From NCBI GenBank assembly GCA_030141605.1, contig JAQGDQ010000343.1, positions 189,122 through 253,121 on the forward strand: a stretch of DNA of 64,000 bases, written 5' to 3'. Positions 36,409 through 50,010 of this stretch are shown piece after piece (positions within the stretch are counted from its first letter, which is position 1; every line of letters starts with the position of its first letter). The position numbers were made by a program, and so were the translations under genes. Under the pieces are notes generated by a model that saw only the letters and a list, made by a program, of their open reading frames with translations, had not been told where the DNA came from and made no database searches. Source of the stretch: Tubiluchus corallicola (Eukaryota > Animalia > Priapulida).

Positions 36409-37148
36409 CAGTAAGTCCTCGCCCAACAACTCCTCATTTAGCGACGTTTCGTTTTAACGAAGCGGAACATTTGACACCTTTTTTCACTTAACGACGCACG
36501 TTTCATTTTAACGACGATTTTTTACCTTGCTGAAAGCCAATTTTCATTTCATCAACAACTTTTTTACTCAATTTGAAGCATTAAAGCGGCACATATTGCA
36601 TTATTCTGCTTTAAAATTGCATTAGTAATGTAAACAGTGCAATTATTATACATGTTTTTGCTTCTCGACTGACAGCTATACCAGCTGCTATTTCTATCAA
36701 GCGAGACCTGTGAACAAACTTTGTGGGAAGGAATTCTACCTGCAACCTGTTCTTATAGCAACCAGACTAGGTAGTAAATGATACAGTGCTCCGGTATGAT
36801 AAAATTTCCAATGTCGCCCCAGTGCTTGGCTTTGACTCTGCAGTTCTTATTGTTTAATGGCTGCCTAGGCTTAAACCTTAATGAAAGAGAAACCGCTAGC
36901 TAGGTACGTATTGGTAAGAAAGACAGTTGGTATCAAGCAAGCAGAAAGAAATTAATCAGGTATATAAACCATAAAGAAACTCAAAACGTTTAATTTGTAT
37001 GATTTAAGCAGCATTGATTTTTGCCTCTGGAACGTATCTCAATTCTTTTACATTACTTTCTATGAAAGTCTTTGTTTCGTTTAACGACGTTTTGCTTAAC
37101 GTCGCATTTTGTTGGAATGCATTAGCATCATTAAGCGACGACTTACTG
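36409..37148. mobile_element. Tc1/mariner-pogo-like MITE
   Basis: TA-CAGTAAGTCCTCGC...GCGACGACTTACTG-TA with subterminal TTAACGACG repeats. Confidence 0.8.
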
Positions 37149-38062
37149 TATAATGTTTTTCATATTTGCAGTCTGCAGAAGTTGTATGTTTAAATTTTCT
37201 GTTCATTACTCAAATAATTTTTATTAAACCTTTTTTCTTTTCTGAACAGCTTCATGGTTATTACAGGAAACAAACTGTCAAATGGCCTAACAAGGGTCTC
37301 AGTGAAGAAAGTTTTCAATGAAGAAGGGCAGGGAATACTAAAAAAAACTGCTGAATTAAGTGAATATGAATGCAGGTTAGGGAAAATCCTTGAAAATGCA
37401 CGCTATCCTGGAAAGTCAGGGAAAAAGGCAATTTGGTAAAAAGTCAGGAAAATGGAGCGAAAAGTCGGGGAAATTGGAAAAGGTTGCAAAAATAATCACC
37501 GTGAACTGATATTTTTCCAAACATATTTTTCAGCGATTCGTGTTCAAATGAAATTTTGCTATGGCAGGCTCCCTGTTTCGATTTCTGTTTCCAAAAATAA
37601 TGATTGGATTAAGAAAGTTTATTTAATGTGATTAGTGTAATTTTGTTAGCACTACTGCAACTGTGCCGACACATTATATATCAGTATATGTATGAATGTC
37701 CATAGACACAAGTGTTTGAATACGTATACTGCTAATGCAACTTCTGTTTATTCTGGTTATAGAAAATCAATATTTGGTCGGGGAAAAGTCAGGGAAATTT
37801 ATTTTAAAATTCTGTGGGAAACCTTGAAATTGCTTGGAAGTTGCTGTTGGATTGGGCCAAAGGAAGCTCTAGTTTTTGTTGACTTGTAAAGCTCTTGGTC
37901 CATTAAAAAACATAGACAAGATCTACATGTGTAATTGCAAAATGTTTTAGCCTAGCACAACTGTAGGTTCGACAAACAGTGCTTTGTTGGTCGTAGCGGC
38001 TGACAGTATTACATGGCATTAGTTAAAGGCGTATGTAAATAGCATGAGTGTTTTTTACTAGT

Positions 38063-38160
38063 GAGAGAGAGAGAGAGAGAATGTAAGCGAGGGAGAGAGA
38101 GAGAAAGAGAGAGAATGTAAGCGAGGGAGAGAGAGGGAGAAAGAGAGAACGTAAGAGAGT
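38063..38160. repeat. Interrupted (GA)n microsatellite
   Basis: GAGAGA runs. Confidence 0.85.
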
Positions 38161-38406
38161 GTGATACATATATATAAACAAACATATGTATGTGTGTTAT
38201 AAATACGGTAATGATTGCACAAACCACTCAGTAACCTGTTAGTTTCCCATTTGAGTTTAGCCTAAAACTCCTACCTGGTGTACAATTCACGATGGTTTTA
38301 GTTTAAATTAGAATTTCAGTTTGGTAAAGAACTGGAATTTACACTGTTAAGCTTTTTATAAAATGGCGCCCAGCTCTTTTAATTCGCGTTTGTCTTCGTA
38401 TAACAG

Positions 38407-38535
38407 ATAATGAACGGTTTACGGAAGTTCAACGTCACGTATCGAGGTGATCCTGACTTGCAGCCAATCAGAAGCTTCGAATGTGCCACGCTCGTACGAG
38501 CATTCTACAGGCTCACGTCGGCTATAAATAAAAAG
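38407..38535 (+). CDS. SMPD4: SMPD4 exon
   Basis: [43 protein letters not shown], the hallmark SMPD4 GDP.LQPIRS.E motif. AG/GT boundaries. Confidence 0.95.
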
Positions 38536-40059
38536 GTAATGGTTATTAAATATAAAAAGTATTTTTTTCTTGAAAGCGCGGTAATAATGTCAAAATCAAT
38601 GCAAACCACAAATGCAATGATGTAGTTAATCGGTTTTGAATAGTTATAAATGATTTTAAATCTGAGGTTTTTTTATTGGAAACTTTATACAACACAAAAA
38701 AGTCTGCAAAACAGTTCCAGATGTGTAGAGTTTTGGCTATGAAGCACATCAGTGCAATGCTAGCATTTTTGTCGTGATGGGCCGAGTCGATTAGTGATCG
38801 GTGAATGAACGGTTGTGTTCGGTGAACCGTGAAATATTTAAAATCAGTTGAAATCAAGTTGTTTATCTTCCACTGGTTAGCAGTAATGTTTTAAATTTTT
38901 TCAATGCACATTTTTTCACGCTTTGTTTACTTTCGCATTACTAAATTATCATATAATTATCGATTATCGTATAGTCTGTCTTTTGTATCATGATGTTGTT
39001 CTGACAATGATCATACAAGACGGCAATACTAGCCGAGAGTTAGCCGTGCAAAAACATGGCCGCGTCTTGTGTTCCCCGAAAGAACGATGTTATAATAATT
39101 TTATAATGTTATAATAAAGAACGATGCTTTAGATTTAAAAAATACACTTTTATTTGACTGATGACTGACTGACTCTTTACAGCTCAAGTCAATCTATTAT
39201 CTTTCTTCCTACCATTTCCACTAACACATCCTTCTACCCTTCCTGTGTGATCTAACCTTTCTCCCAGTTCTTTTTTTTGTTCACTCATCCATTCTTTTTT
39301 TATCAGGTTCACATGACATGTGGCTTATACAAGCCTTTGCTTCTCTAGCCCACTGCAGTACAATTATTCTTTTATGATAACGATAGTGTATGAAACATAA
39401 CAATTTAATACAGTATGATGTAATGATTTTGATGTCACTGTGTGCATAACGTCATTATATTGTACTGAATGTGATAATAATAAATAAATAAAAAAAAACT
39501 GCGTCAAGTAAGTATATGAACTTACAAAAAAAAAATTATAAAATTCCCGGTTGGGTAAGCCATCAATTATTGATCAGTTCGGTAAAATAAAAATTGCTGA
39601 CTTTATAAGATTAAATGTAAGAATGAATTATTAAAAAAATTATCGCAAATGTTTTGAAGCATACTGTTATGATCAAGTTATTTGTGAAGGCAACTACGTT
39701 TCGTTCAATTGCTTCCCAATCAGATCCCACACTTAAAAGTCAACAGCCAAAAACGCACATCAGGTTGAGCATTTCAGTCCCGTTGTTGAGTTTGGATAAT
39801 CCAAACTGTTTTCAACTTTGTTAGACTTTCTGTATCTTTGCAGATGAAAATTGTTGCCACCTAATGTAGAAATCGTTAGTCAATGTAGTTCAGCAAAATT
39901 TCAAAATTGCAATGATTTCCAGTGAAAATTCCGTTTCCTTTTGATTTTACTTCATTCATAAAATTAATGAAGTTCTGAAAATGAAATTTATTTATACTAA
40001 TAAACGAAGTTCATCATTGAATTTTCATAGATAAAATAATTGATAAGAAAATAGTTTAA

Positions 40060-40607
40060 AGGAAAACCGGACGATTGTTTAGACTCAATCTCATTTCAAT
40101 TTACTGTCCAAAATATACATTTTCTTGCTTATAAAACTTAGCAGTTGTTTCCTATATTTAAATAATTAGCTTGGAAAGTTAATTAACGGCAACCAAACAC
40201 AGCTATTGCTTACGTCAGAAACTAACCACAGTTGGTGCAATGGCAGGTGTCTTCCCTTGTGCGTCAAGCGTGTTTGCAGAAGTGTTACAGTACTGCTTAA
40301 ACACGTGATGTCACGAAAATGGACTCTACGTCATATGACGTCAGAAACTAATACTGCAGTTCATGATCATGGTTATCACGGTACCACCTTCTATTTGTCG
40401 GCCACGCGATTATGACAGAAAGACGTCACCAGTAATCTTAGTAGACTCACTGAGCTGTGTGTAGCTTTAAAAGTTTAACAAAATTTAAGTATCTGAAGTA
40501 ATTATTATTTAATCTAAGCTTTGATTTAAAATAAGATATTGTAGTTTTCAACATTTTAGAGCATTATTTATTCTGAACTCGTGTTTTCACAATCGTCCGG
40601 TTTTCCT
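40060..40607 (+). mobile_element. Kolobok-like MITE family C, complete; partial copies at about 59176-59626(-) and 63192-63640(+)
   Basis: TTAA TSD with perfect TIR AGGAAAACCGGACGATTG...CAATCGTCCGGTTTTCCT. Confidence 0.85.
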
Positions 40608-40672
40608 TTAAAACTAAATTTTGTTTTAGATCGGACTGATAATTTTGATACAGCGCAATTCTCTTCTTGTAG

Positions 40673-40999
40673 TTTACATCTCAGATCTCAGACTTGTACT
40701 ACCGACACGACCTGAAGGCATTGTTTATTCGACCGTTTCTGCTTCCACCAACTGCAGCTAACCTTCCGACGGATCCCCCAGGTTCTCCACCGCCGTTGCA
40801 TCAGCTGCCTCCGCGACTGAGTCTGAGATTTCTCGCCAGTTACCGCATCGTAGTCAACGTCTCGCTACTGATGCTGGTAACGTATTTGTGGGGTTACGGA
40901 CCATTCACGTTCCTCCTCGTGCTCTGCTCTTTTCTTGTGCTGTACTTGATGCTGAAAGTCGTGTCGTCACGGTTACCGCAACATCATTACGAGCAATGA
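40673..40999 (+). CDS. SMPD4: SMPD4 terminal coding exon with C-terminal membrane anchor
   Basis: cttgtAG acceptor. PRLSLRFLASYR motif followed by two hydrophobic segments and a TGA stop. Confidence 0.95.
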   Translation, partial: FTSQISDLYYRHDLKALFIRPFLLPPTAANLPTDPPGSPPPLHQLPPRLSLRFLASYRIVVNVSLLMLVTYLWGYGPFTFLLVLCSFLVLYLMLKVVSSRLPQHHYEQ

Positions 41000-42559
41000 T
41001 GAATGTGTGTCTACACGTAAGCCAGTAAGCGCAACACAAAGCAGCAACAATACTGCCAGCTGCAAACGAGACCAGAAGGCTGTTCAAACACGGAATTTTT
41101 CAATCGTCCGCTGCTCTTTGCAACATGATTTTGAATGAGAAATGCCAAATGTTATAAAACTGAAAAAGTGGGTAAAAAGTTAAGCAGAAATGTGAGCTTG
41201 TCTAGCAAAATCGCCCATAAGTCAGAAATCAAGTTTTTTAGCTATTCACATATCCGGAATCTCCATTTCATGAGGATCATTTTGATACCAAGCTCATCGC
41301 TCTATGTTATTTCTAAGCTGAGATAATCCACGCTGAAGTTGAGGCGCACACAACACACTGAAAAAGATAATCTTGAGAAAATTGTTGTCTCTACAAAACA
41401 CTTGGCAACCGCACAAAGGTTGGTTGCTACGGGCTTTGCAAGAGCACATTGAAGTTATTTTGAGATCCAGTAGATGGCTCTTCCTGACGAAAATCTGGGC
41501 TTGGCAACAGAAAAAACCCGAAGCAAAATGGCTGCTTCCACAAGCTACTATCAGAGTTTGAAAATAAAAGTTTACAAATACAATTGCAGTACTAGTTTCT
41601 GCACCAGACCTGCACTAGTACCAGAAAAGTGTTCGGGAGCCATAAAATTAAATTTTTAGTATTTTTAAACATTTTCTTGATAATTTGATGCTATAATATA
41701 AAAGTCCAATATATTTAACATTTGTTTTTAGAAAAAACGAAAAATCGACACTTGACCAAATTTTTGGGTAATTCTACTTTGAAACATCATAAGGTAGTTT
41801 TAACTATTCCGACTTATGGACGGGTTTGGCTTGCAAACACACATATGTAGAGATTGTTCGTGAAAAAGTTTGAACAACAGAACAATTGGCAATGTTGAGA
41901 TTTGCATCCACGCCGGAGATTCACCAGGACTTGTTCCGAGTTTTTCCGATGGAAATATGCCTGTAAATATTCGTATTTTTGTATCTACATGTATTTATTA
42001 CAGTCACTAAAATTACGTTTTTTGAATAAAAACGTAAGAGTGATATAACGTTACATTGTCTTTTATTTATCATTTTGTCGACTGTACAGCGTCTTAGTAC
42101 TTACAAATCTTGTGTCAAATCTGCATTGACAAAGTAGAAGAGCAAAAAAAACAAACAAGATATTTACACAACTTTCAACAAAGTTTCATAACTTACAATA
42201 AAGGAAACGAAATATCAGAAATTTCCTTGCTGAAGATGAAAAGACCAACAGACATGCATTAATAATAATAAAACGTAACAAAGTGTCCTCTGCAAGAACT
42301 ACATTTCTTGCACGCTTCCGTCCCGAGAATTCTCTAAATCAATTTTCCCTTTTCGCTACCTGTATGTCCAGAAAGGGCTTCGCAAATGTACACATTTCCC
42401 CGAATGTGAGCACATCGTTATTATAACATAATGATAGCGAATTTAGTCCAAATAAAGAGTGTGTCTAATATGTAAGTCTTTTGATACAATGACAGTTCTA
42501 AACAAAATTTCAAAACTGAATTGAACTGTGTGCTAAATAGCAAAGAAAAAAGAATTTTC

Positions 42560-42746
42560 TCAGCTCATAAACATCTTCCGGAAATCCTCGTTCGTCATTT
42601 TTCCCGTGGGCTTTGGTTCCGATTTCGGTTCATCCAACTTTTCTTCTCTTTTCTCTCCTGCAGAGGAACTCGTCTCGGCGGTTGCTTGATGCTTTAAAGC
42701 TCTTGGCACCATGCCAAGTGAGACTTGTGTCCTGCCTCGACCGCGG
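42560..42746 (-). CDS. SART3: SART3 (Prp24/Tip110, U6 snRNP recycling factor) terminal exon
   Basis: RGRGRTQVSLGMVPRAL...KMTNEDFRKMFMS*, the C-terminal LSm-interaction motif (SNxDFRKMF). Confidence 0.95.
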
Positions 42747-44111
42747 CTGAAACAAAAGACATTGATGTATGATCGTGACAAAAAACAGTTAAGTTCTGCA
42801 AGTACATCAATGATATCGTTCCTTGACATGTCCTACTCACTATAAAGCGGGTGGCCTTCAATATGCACGCAGAAATGGCTCGTTCAAAAACGTAACATCT
42901 TTATACTTATCACTGCTGAATCTGTATTAGTTGCAGCTGCTGATGATGTCACATTCATCTTAAACGCCTATTTGCCACATGTCCATAATTGTACATGATT
43001 ATGACAGTCAAACCTACTTTGGAATTACAAATAAAGATGGCATTAACGCCCGAATTTGGCGTTACATGACAATGACATAAGGTGCATTAAAGCAAAAGTC
43101 AAGTTTCTCGGGAAGTTGAGCTTATTTTAATATTTGAGAAAAACGCTAGAAAGTTTCAGCAATGAAACTGTGAAAAGCACCTCGTGTAATTAGTAAAATC
43201 AATTTAAAGTTGCCGTCACTTTACGCTTGGGGGCGCTCATTTTAGACGGCGTCATCCGGTTTCCGTGCAATATAAACACTTATCCCGCCAGGTGCTTCAG
43301 AATCTTTTTTAACTTATAGAGCAGCGAACTCTATAAACTAAGTAACCAGCCCGGTACCTACTACGTGCTGGCAAGTTTACATGCGTATCTAAAAGTCAAC
43401 AAAAATCTGTAAATTAATTATTTGCACAATAAATGTTAATTAATTACACATTTTAAGGTGTAATCTTGTAGATTAAAGCAATGTAACCACTTTAAATTTG
43501 ATCATAATTGATCGAATGACTAATTTCTAGATAAACACAGTTAAACACAACATTAGAATAACAGAACTTCTAAGCAAACTGTAGAAATTTCTCAACGCGT
43601 ACCTTCATCACAGCTTGCCTTCACAGCATTCACGCTGCCCAGCAGACTCCATCTTACGTCACTTTTTTTTAAATATGCCGGCATCAACGTTTGTTTGGGA
43701 GATAAGAAATATTTAAATTTCTTTTACATTTTAAAAGAATTCTATGCGCATATATTGTGTGGTGATTTCAATATTTTTAATTGTACATTAAAATGTAATG
43801 AATGCTGTTTGAGGGTTGATTCTTCCTTTAATACACACATGTCTATGCAAATATAGACATTTTGTTTTGCTAATAATTTGTTCAGTAAACAAGGTTGGCA
43901 TTATAATGAGGTTTGACTGTACCTATGTGACTAGACAACGATCGTCTTGTACTGTTTAAATGCATCCCTCTTTATGGACATATTGCACCATGAGGATGAG
44001 GAACAACCAATCGCTTTCTGTAGTGTTTTTTCCACAACGGTTTGAAGAAAAATGATCACGTGACAACTGTTACCAGTAGCAAGTGACTTAGCAAAAACCT
44101 ACTGTACATGA

Positions 44112-44231
44112 GTCTACGGCCATATCACATTGAAAACACCGGTTCTCGTCTGATCACCGAAGTTAAGCAATGCAGAGCCTGGTTAGTACTTGGATGGGTG
44201 ACCGCCTAGGAATACCAGGTGCTGTAGGCTT
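44112..44231 (+). rRNA. 5S rRNA sequence, single dispersed copy; probably the head of a SINE or a pseudogene
   Basis: 120 nt GTCTACGGCCATATCAC...AGTTAAGCA (box A)...TGGATGGGTGACC (box C)...GCTGTAGGCTT. No T-run terminator follows. Several apparent CpG-decay changes. Confidence 0.85.
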
Positions 44232-44600
44232 GCGGGATGCCCGCACTGTATCTTGACACTAGGCGGAGGAGCTGTGCAAGCAGCCAACGGCTAGAGGGCG
44301 AAGGAGGTCAAGTGACCCAACGGCCATGTGTAGAGGAGTAAACCTTCCAAATCAGGAGTGCAGCCCCGAAGGTGGACCAATGCAGCATGCTCACTGACTC
44401 CGGCAGCCAACCTGGTGCCAAACGTATCGCTCCGCTTTCCTTTGGACTACACCAGGGAGGAAGAGAGGGGGGGTTCCTGTTGTCTGGGCAACTCAGGATC
44501 TCCATACACCTTGTGCGCCCTGGAAAAGCCACTCCAGTGGTTCAAGGATCGGACTGCTCAGCCACAGTCGACGCTGCAGCTCCAGCCTCTTGCGTAACTT
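44112..44600 (+). mobile_element. 5S-derived SINE-like element (5S head plus GC-rich body)
   Basis: The 5S sequence runs directly into about 370 bp of GC-rich non-coding sequence with sharp borders to the AT-rich intron. No clear TSD found. Confidence 0.55.
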
Positions 44601-45448
44601 TTCCTGCAGCTATTTCTCAGGCGTTTATACGCACATGGCTGAACAATAACACAATGGCACTATTGGACATCTGGTAAAAGTGCTCTCTTTGCTTTAAACA
44701 TATTTTTATTGAATAAGAAATATTACATGGCACAATATATTCATACGCAAATTTGTTTCGGGGCTTTTGCTTGAACAGACAGTTTTTAATGGCATCTTTA
44801 ATGTGCTGTCTTTAAAGGGAAGGAAAGGGAATTTTAAAATAAGTCTCAAAAAACTCCATGCACAAATTAATTCACTTTCTATTACACTTATCTGTTTGAA
44901 AGGAAAATTGTTAGTAATTTAAAATGTTTGTGCCAAGTGGTAAATGTCACTGTTTCACTATCCCAGTGTGCACCACCGATTCACCAAAACACATTACTAA
45001 TCTTATTGACAATATAAAGTAATTTAAACTTTTGCTTAATTAGCGAAGAATGCTCTGATTATTTTTTCAAACTTCACATAATGTTATCTAAACTTGTTTC
45101 AAATAACTTATCGTCAAAACGGCTGCGTCTGAAGGTCATCGCGGGAGTTCAAACGTTTACACGTTTTATACAGCCTTACTGCCGATGCAAGTCCTGTATG
45201 CAATAAGGCAGTGCGTAGGTAACAGAAATTTCAAGACGGATGTTTTCAGTTCTATGTAAGAAATAGTGTTTTCTTATACTTTAAGCCTAAACCTGCTTAA
45301 GTAAAAGCTTAAGCTTGCCACTGCTAATAACTTATTAATGAACCGTTTCCAAAAAGGTATCAATATTATAAGTAATTGTTTTCAATTTTATGCACATAAC
45401 GAGCATTTTCAAACTTCACGGATTTATTTGCCATCTTGTTCAACTTAC

Positions 45449-45639
45449 CTCCCGACTTCCTTCGTGCGACTGGCACCCAGCATCGGCACAAAAGTGGAAC
45501 CACCATCACCACCCTCTCCGGATGCTGGGTTTTGCCCTTCCCGTGACTTTCTCTTTGGCGGGTTGCTAATGGCAACAGATATCTTGTGATCTCCAACAGA
45601 AAGCCCATCAGCTGTGAGTACGGCTTGTGTTGCTGATTT
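45449..45639 (-). CDS. SART3: SART3 exon (end of RRM2)
   Basis: KSATQAVLTADGLSVGDHKISVAISNPPKRK... AG/GT boundaries; the phase-2 end matches the terminal exon. Confidence 0.92.
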
Positions 45640-45768
45640 CTAGAAGTGGGGAAAAATGGTGGATAAACGGTTTAATAAAAACGCCGTCATATTAATTTGA
45701 CGCTTTATCCCAAAAAAATTCACTCCTCTGTAACCGAAATGTCAAGCACATCCTGGGAAAATATTATA

Positions 45769-46295
45769 CAGTGTTCCCTCACTTATCGCGGGTGTTCCGT
45801 TCCAGGCCCACCCGCCATAAGTGAATTTCCACGAAGTAGGGACGCCATACTTATTTTAGTAGTTATACATTATTTTAAGTCTTTATAAACCCTCCCCACA
45901 CTCTTGATATAACGAACCGTAGATTCGTTGATCCCGTAATGGCGGCCAACTGCAGCATACGATCTCCCGATTTTTGGTGTGTATTCATCCGCCGAATAAA
46001 TACACTATTTACTGTAAATGCTAATTTTTTCTGATTTATAATATTCTTTTAATGTTAGAATTAATATTTTTAATATATTTTTATACAATTTGAGAATTTT
46101 TATGCAAAATTCGTCAAATCTATACATTACTGTACAATACGTTATACGCATGTGCAAAAATACTTTAGACGGAGTACGGCAAAAACCCGCGAAACAGCGA
46201 AGATACCGCAATAAATATTTCACATTAATTTTTTTGAAAACCCGCTAAACAGCGAGTCCGCGATAAATAAACCACGAAGTAGCGAGGGAACACTG
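45769..46295. mobile_element. Tc1/mariner-pogo (Tigger-like) MITE
   Basis: TA-CAGTGTTCCCTC...GAGGGAACACTG-TA. Confidence 0.85.
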
Positions 46296-46823
46296 TATTT
46301 CATAATCAGTACTTTACTTCTATCATATATTACTCATATTACTTACTCATATCAATACTTTACCATGCCCTAGACTGATAGTTCTGTCCATCTCTATTGT
46401 GAATTTATCGTTGTTAATGTAATGAGCAGATAAAACAATTACTTGTGGTGTGTTAGAAACACTATTAACCTAGTTTCTAATTAGTTACACATATTTGTGT
46501 AGCGCTTATATTCAAGCAGGCTGTGCAACTGCTTGTGTGATACCTTGCACTGTTCGTTATGTGCACTTATATAAAAACAGTTTATATAATTATTTTAAAT
46601 TAATATGTTAAAAATTTATAACACTTTTCTAAGCACCAAATAATTGTACAATTAGGTACTGAAGTACTTAAGCAGACTAGAGTTAATTTAGTTCAGTTCT
46701 TTAACGACTGTGACTTTTCTAACGTAGAATTTATCAGACTACTCCCACTACACCGAACAGAAGCACTCCGAGTGCTGGACGGCTTGTCTGGAGCTTAAGA
46801 TTTCACAAAACTAAATGCATTAC

Positions 46824-46997
46824 CTCGTCCTTGTACTCGATGAACGCTAAACCCTTCGGTTTTCCGCTCTTGTACAACACCATGCGTGCTTCCCGTAGTT
46901 CACCGTAAGCACCGAAGATGGTTTCCAATGCATGTTGGGTAATCGTGTTCGGCAAATTCTTAACGAATAGCTTATTCTTCTCCATGGCGGTGCTAAA
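46824..46997 (-). CDS. SART3: SART3 exon (RRM2)
   Basis: FSTAMEKNKLFVKNLP...SGKPKGLAFIEYKDE, containing RNP2 and RNP1. Confidence 0.95.
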
Positions 46998-47229
46998 CTG
47001 TACATACAGTAAATATAAATTTACATTAGCATACGATGATACATTTAGCATAAAATTTTGCATACATTCCCGCACACTCAATGATAGGACTGCTAATGAT
47101 GAAGGGACCACAACTATTTCACTATCAAAGATAATCATGTAAATCCCAGTTGTGCACTGTAAGAATATCTGTCTGAATGAAAGTGTCTGACGCAAATTGT
47201 CACAGACAGAATTTTCACGCACATTATAG

Positions 47230-48465
47230 CACTTGTGACTTACTAGATCTTGTACAGTGTGTGCCTTGTATGAGACGAGGCCGCACGCTAGTAAACAACC
47301 GTGTCGTACAATTGTGACTGACTAGATCTTGTACAGTGTGTGCCTTGTACGAGACGAGGCCGCACGCTAGTAAACAACCGCGTCGTACAATTGTGACTGA
47401 CTAAACTTGTACAGTGTGCGCCTTGTACGAGACGAGGCCACACACTAGTAAACACCCGCATCGGACAATTGTGACTGACTAAACTTGTACAGTGTGCGCC
47501 TTGTACGAGACAAGGCCGCACGCTAGTAAACAACCGTGTCGTACAATTGTGACTGACTAGATCTTGTACAGTGTGCAAATTTTACGAGACGAGGCCGCAC
47601 GCTAGTAAACAACCGCGTCGTACAATTGTGACTGACTAGATCTTGTACAGTGTGCAAATTGTACGAGACGAGGCCGCACGCTAGTAAACATCCGTGTCCT
47701 GCAATTGTGACTGACTAGATCTTGCACAGTGTGCACCTTGTACGAGACGAGGCCGCACACTAGTAAACATCCGTGTCCTGCACTTGTGACTGACTAGATC
47801 TTGTACAGTGTGCGCCTTGTACGAGACGAGGCCGCACGCTAGTAAACATCCGTGTCCTGCAATTGTGACTGACTAGAACTTGTACAGTGTGCACCTTGTA
47901 TGAGACGAGGCCGAACGCTAGTAAACAACCGTGTCGTACAATTGTGACTGACTAGATCTTGTACAGTGTGTGCCTTGTACGAGACGAGGCCGCACACTAG
48001 TAAACATCCGTGTCCTGCAATTGTGACTGACTAGATCTTGCACAGTGTGAGCCTTGTACGAGACGAGGCCGCACACTAGTAAACATCCGTGTTCTGCAAT
48101 TGTGACTGACTAGATCTTGTACAGTGTGCACCTTGTACAAGACGAGGCCGCACACTAGTAAACATCCGTGTCCTGCACTTGTGACTGACTAGATCTTGCA
48201 CAGTGTGCACCTTGTACGAGACGAGGCCGCACGCTAGTAAACAACCGTGTCCTGCACTTGTGACTGACTAGATCTTGTACAGTGTGCACCTTGTACGAGA
48301 CGAGGCCGCACGCTAGTAAACATCCGTGTCCTGCACTTGTGACTGATTAGAACTTGTACAGTGTGCGCCTTGTACGAGACGAGGCCGCACACTAGTAAAC
48401 ATTCGTGTTCTGCACTTGTGACTGACTAGATCTTGTACAGTGTGCACCTTGTACGAGACAAGGCA
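47230..48465. repeat. 79-bp tandem repeat, about 15 copies
   Basis: GACTAGATCTTGTACAGTGTGCACCTTGTACGAGACGAGGCCGCACGCTAGTAAAC... recurring. Confidence 0.96.
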
Positions 48466-48877
48466 ACAAATCAGCAGCAATTTTTCTATTACATTCAGGT
48501 CCACATGCTTATTCAATTATGATTCCTTATGCAACAAGGCAGACAGCCGTGTGCAGATGTTGTATGCCTATGAAAACTCTTGGTTTTCAAAAAAATGTAG
48601 CATCGTCATTTTGTCAACGACGACTGCCGTGACATTTGCAACGTATGCACCCTCATCTATTGTTAATAATGGTTTCTTCTTAAAATGTTAAAAATTCTTT
48701 CACTTTTCAATACAGTGCTGATATAACACTTCATAGACACAGTAACCAAATTAATTTAACGAAGGAAATTAACACTAAATAGAAAGTGAAAAAGTTTATC
48801 ACCTGAACTGGGACTCGAACCCAGGCCTTCCGCTATGAAACAAAAGACCACAAAATGCGATCACCGACCACACTTAC

Positions 48878-49066
48878 CTTAAATTCTGACGGCTTCTTAT
48901 GCTTATCTTCGCACGCTGAGACGTACAAAGGTCGCTCACCAATGGCCGTTCTGTCCAGTTGCAAGGCCGCTTTTGCCAACTCGGACGACTTGAAGTAAAC
49001 GTAGCCGAAACCTCGGGATTTGCCGCCGGCAGTATAAACGAATCTTACACCAAGCACTTCTCCAAC
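48878..49066 (-). CDS. SART3: SART3 exon (RRM1)
   Basis: VGEVLGVRFVYTAGGKSRGFGYVYF...ALQLDRTAIGERPLYVSACEDK, containing RNP1. Confidence 0.95.
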
Positions 49067-50010
49067 CTAACAATTTAAAGAAGAAAGTCTGAAAAGCTAT
49101 ATGTCGCTTCTCTACGAAACACTTAGCAACCGTACGAAGGTGTGGTTGCTATGGATTTTACACCAGCAAATTGGAGTTACATTTAAATCCAGTAGATGGC
49201 TCTTCCTGACGAAGATCTGATCTTCTCAAACAGAAAAAACCCGAAGCAAAATGACTGCTTCCAGGAGCTACAATCGGAGTTTGAAAATACAAGTTTTTTT
49301 ACAATTGCAGTACTAGTTTCTAGGCAGAAAAGTGGGTAGGGCTTATAAAATTAGATTTTTAGTATTTTTGGATATTTTCCTGATAATTTGCCGCTAGAAT
49401 ATAAAAGTCCAATATATTTAGCATTGGTTTTTATAAAAAATAAAAAATGGACATTTGACCAAATTTTCGTTGCATTCTACTTTAAAGCATCCATAACGTA
49501 ATTTTAACTATGCCGACTTACGGACAATTTTGGTTTGTAAGCACACATTTGATTGGCTTTCATTTTCCTAGCATTCCTAACGCACCGTACAACGTATTGT
49601 TATAAAGCAAAAAGACAGATGCTTGATTAATATTTGACAATCGCTTTCTTAATTCTTTTTCTTACCTATTAGAGTGTTCTGCTACGCAGCATTTGTGGAA
49701 CGCCTTTGTAATGATATCGGTTGTAATGGTAACATTTGTACCTAAAAACCTTATCATCAAAACAGCACAGACGAAAACTTCAGATACTTTTACTTACATG
49801 TGACAAAGTTTCCTTTTTAGCGACAATTTGACTGTATTTGTAACAAAATTCTCAACTGTTTGTGGTGTCCTACTAAAATGCAGACCTATTGCATTACATT
49901 CTTAGACACAAAGTGCCTTGCCACATGCAAAACAACAAAATTTGATTTTACTAGTTTACAAATTTACTAGTTTGCACTAACATTTATTAAACCTTAAACG
50001 ATGCTGTCAC

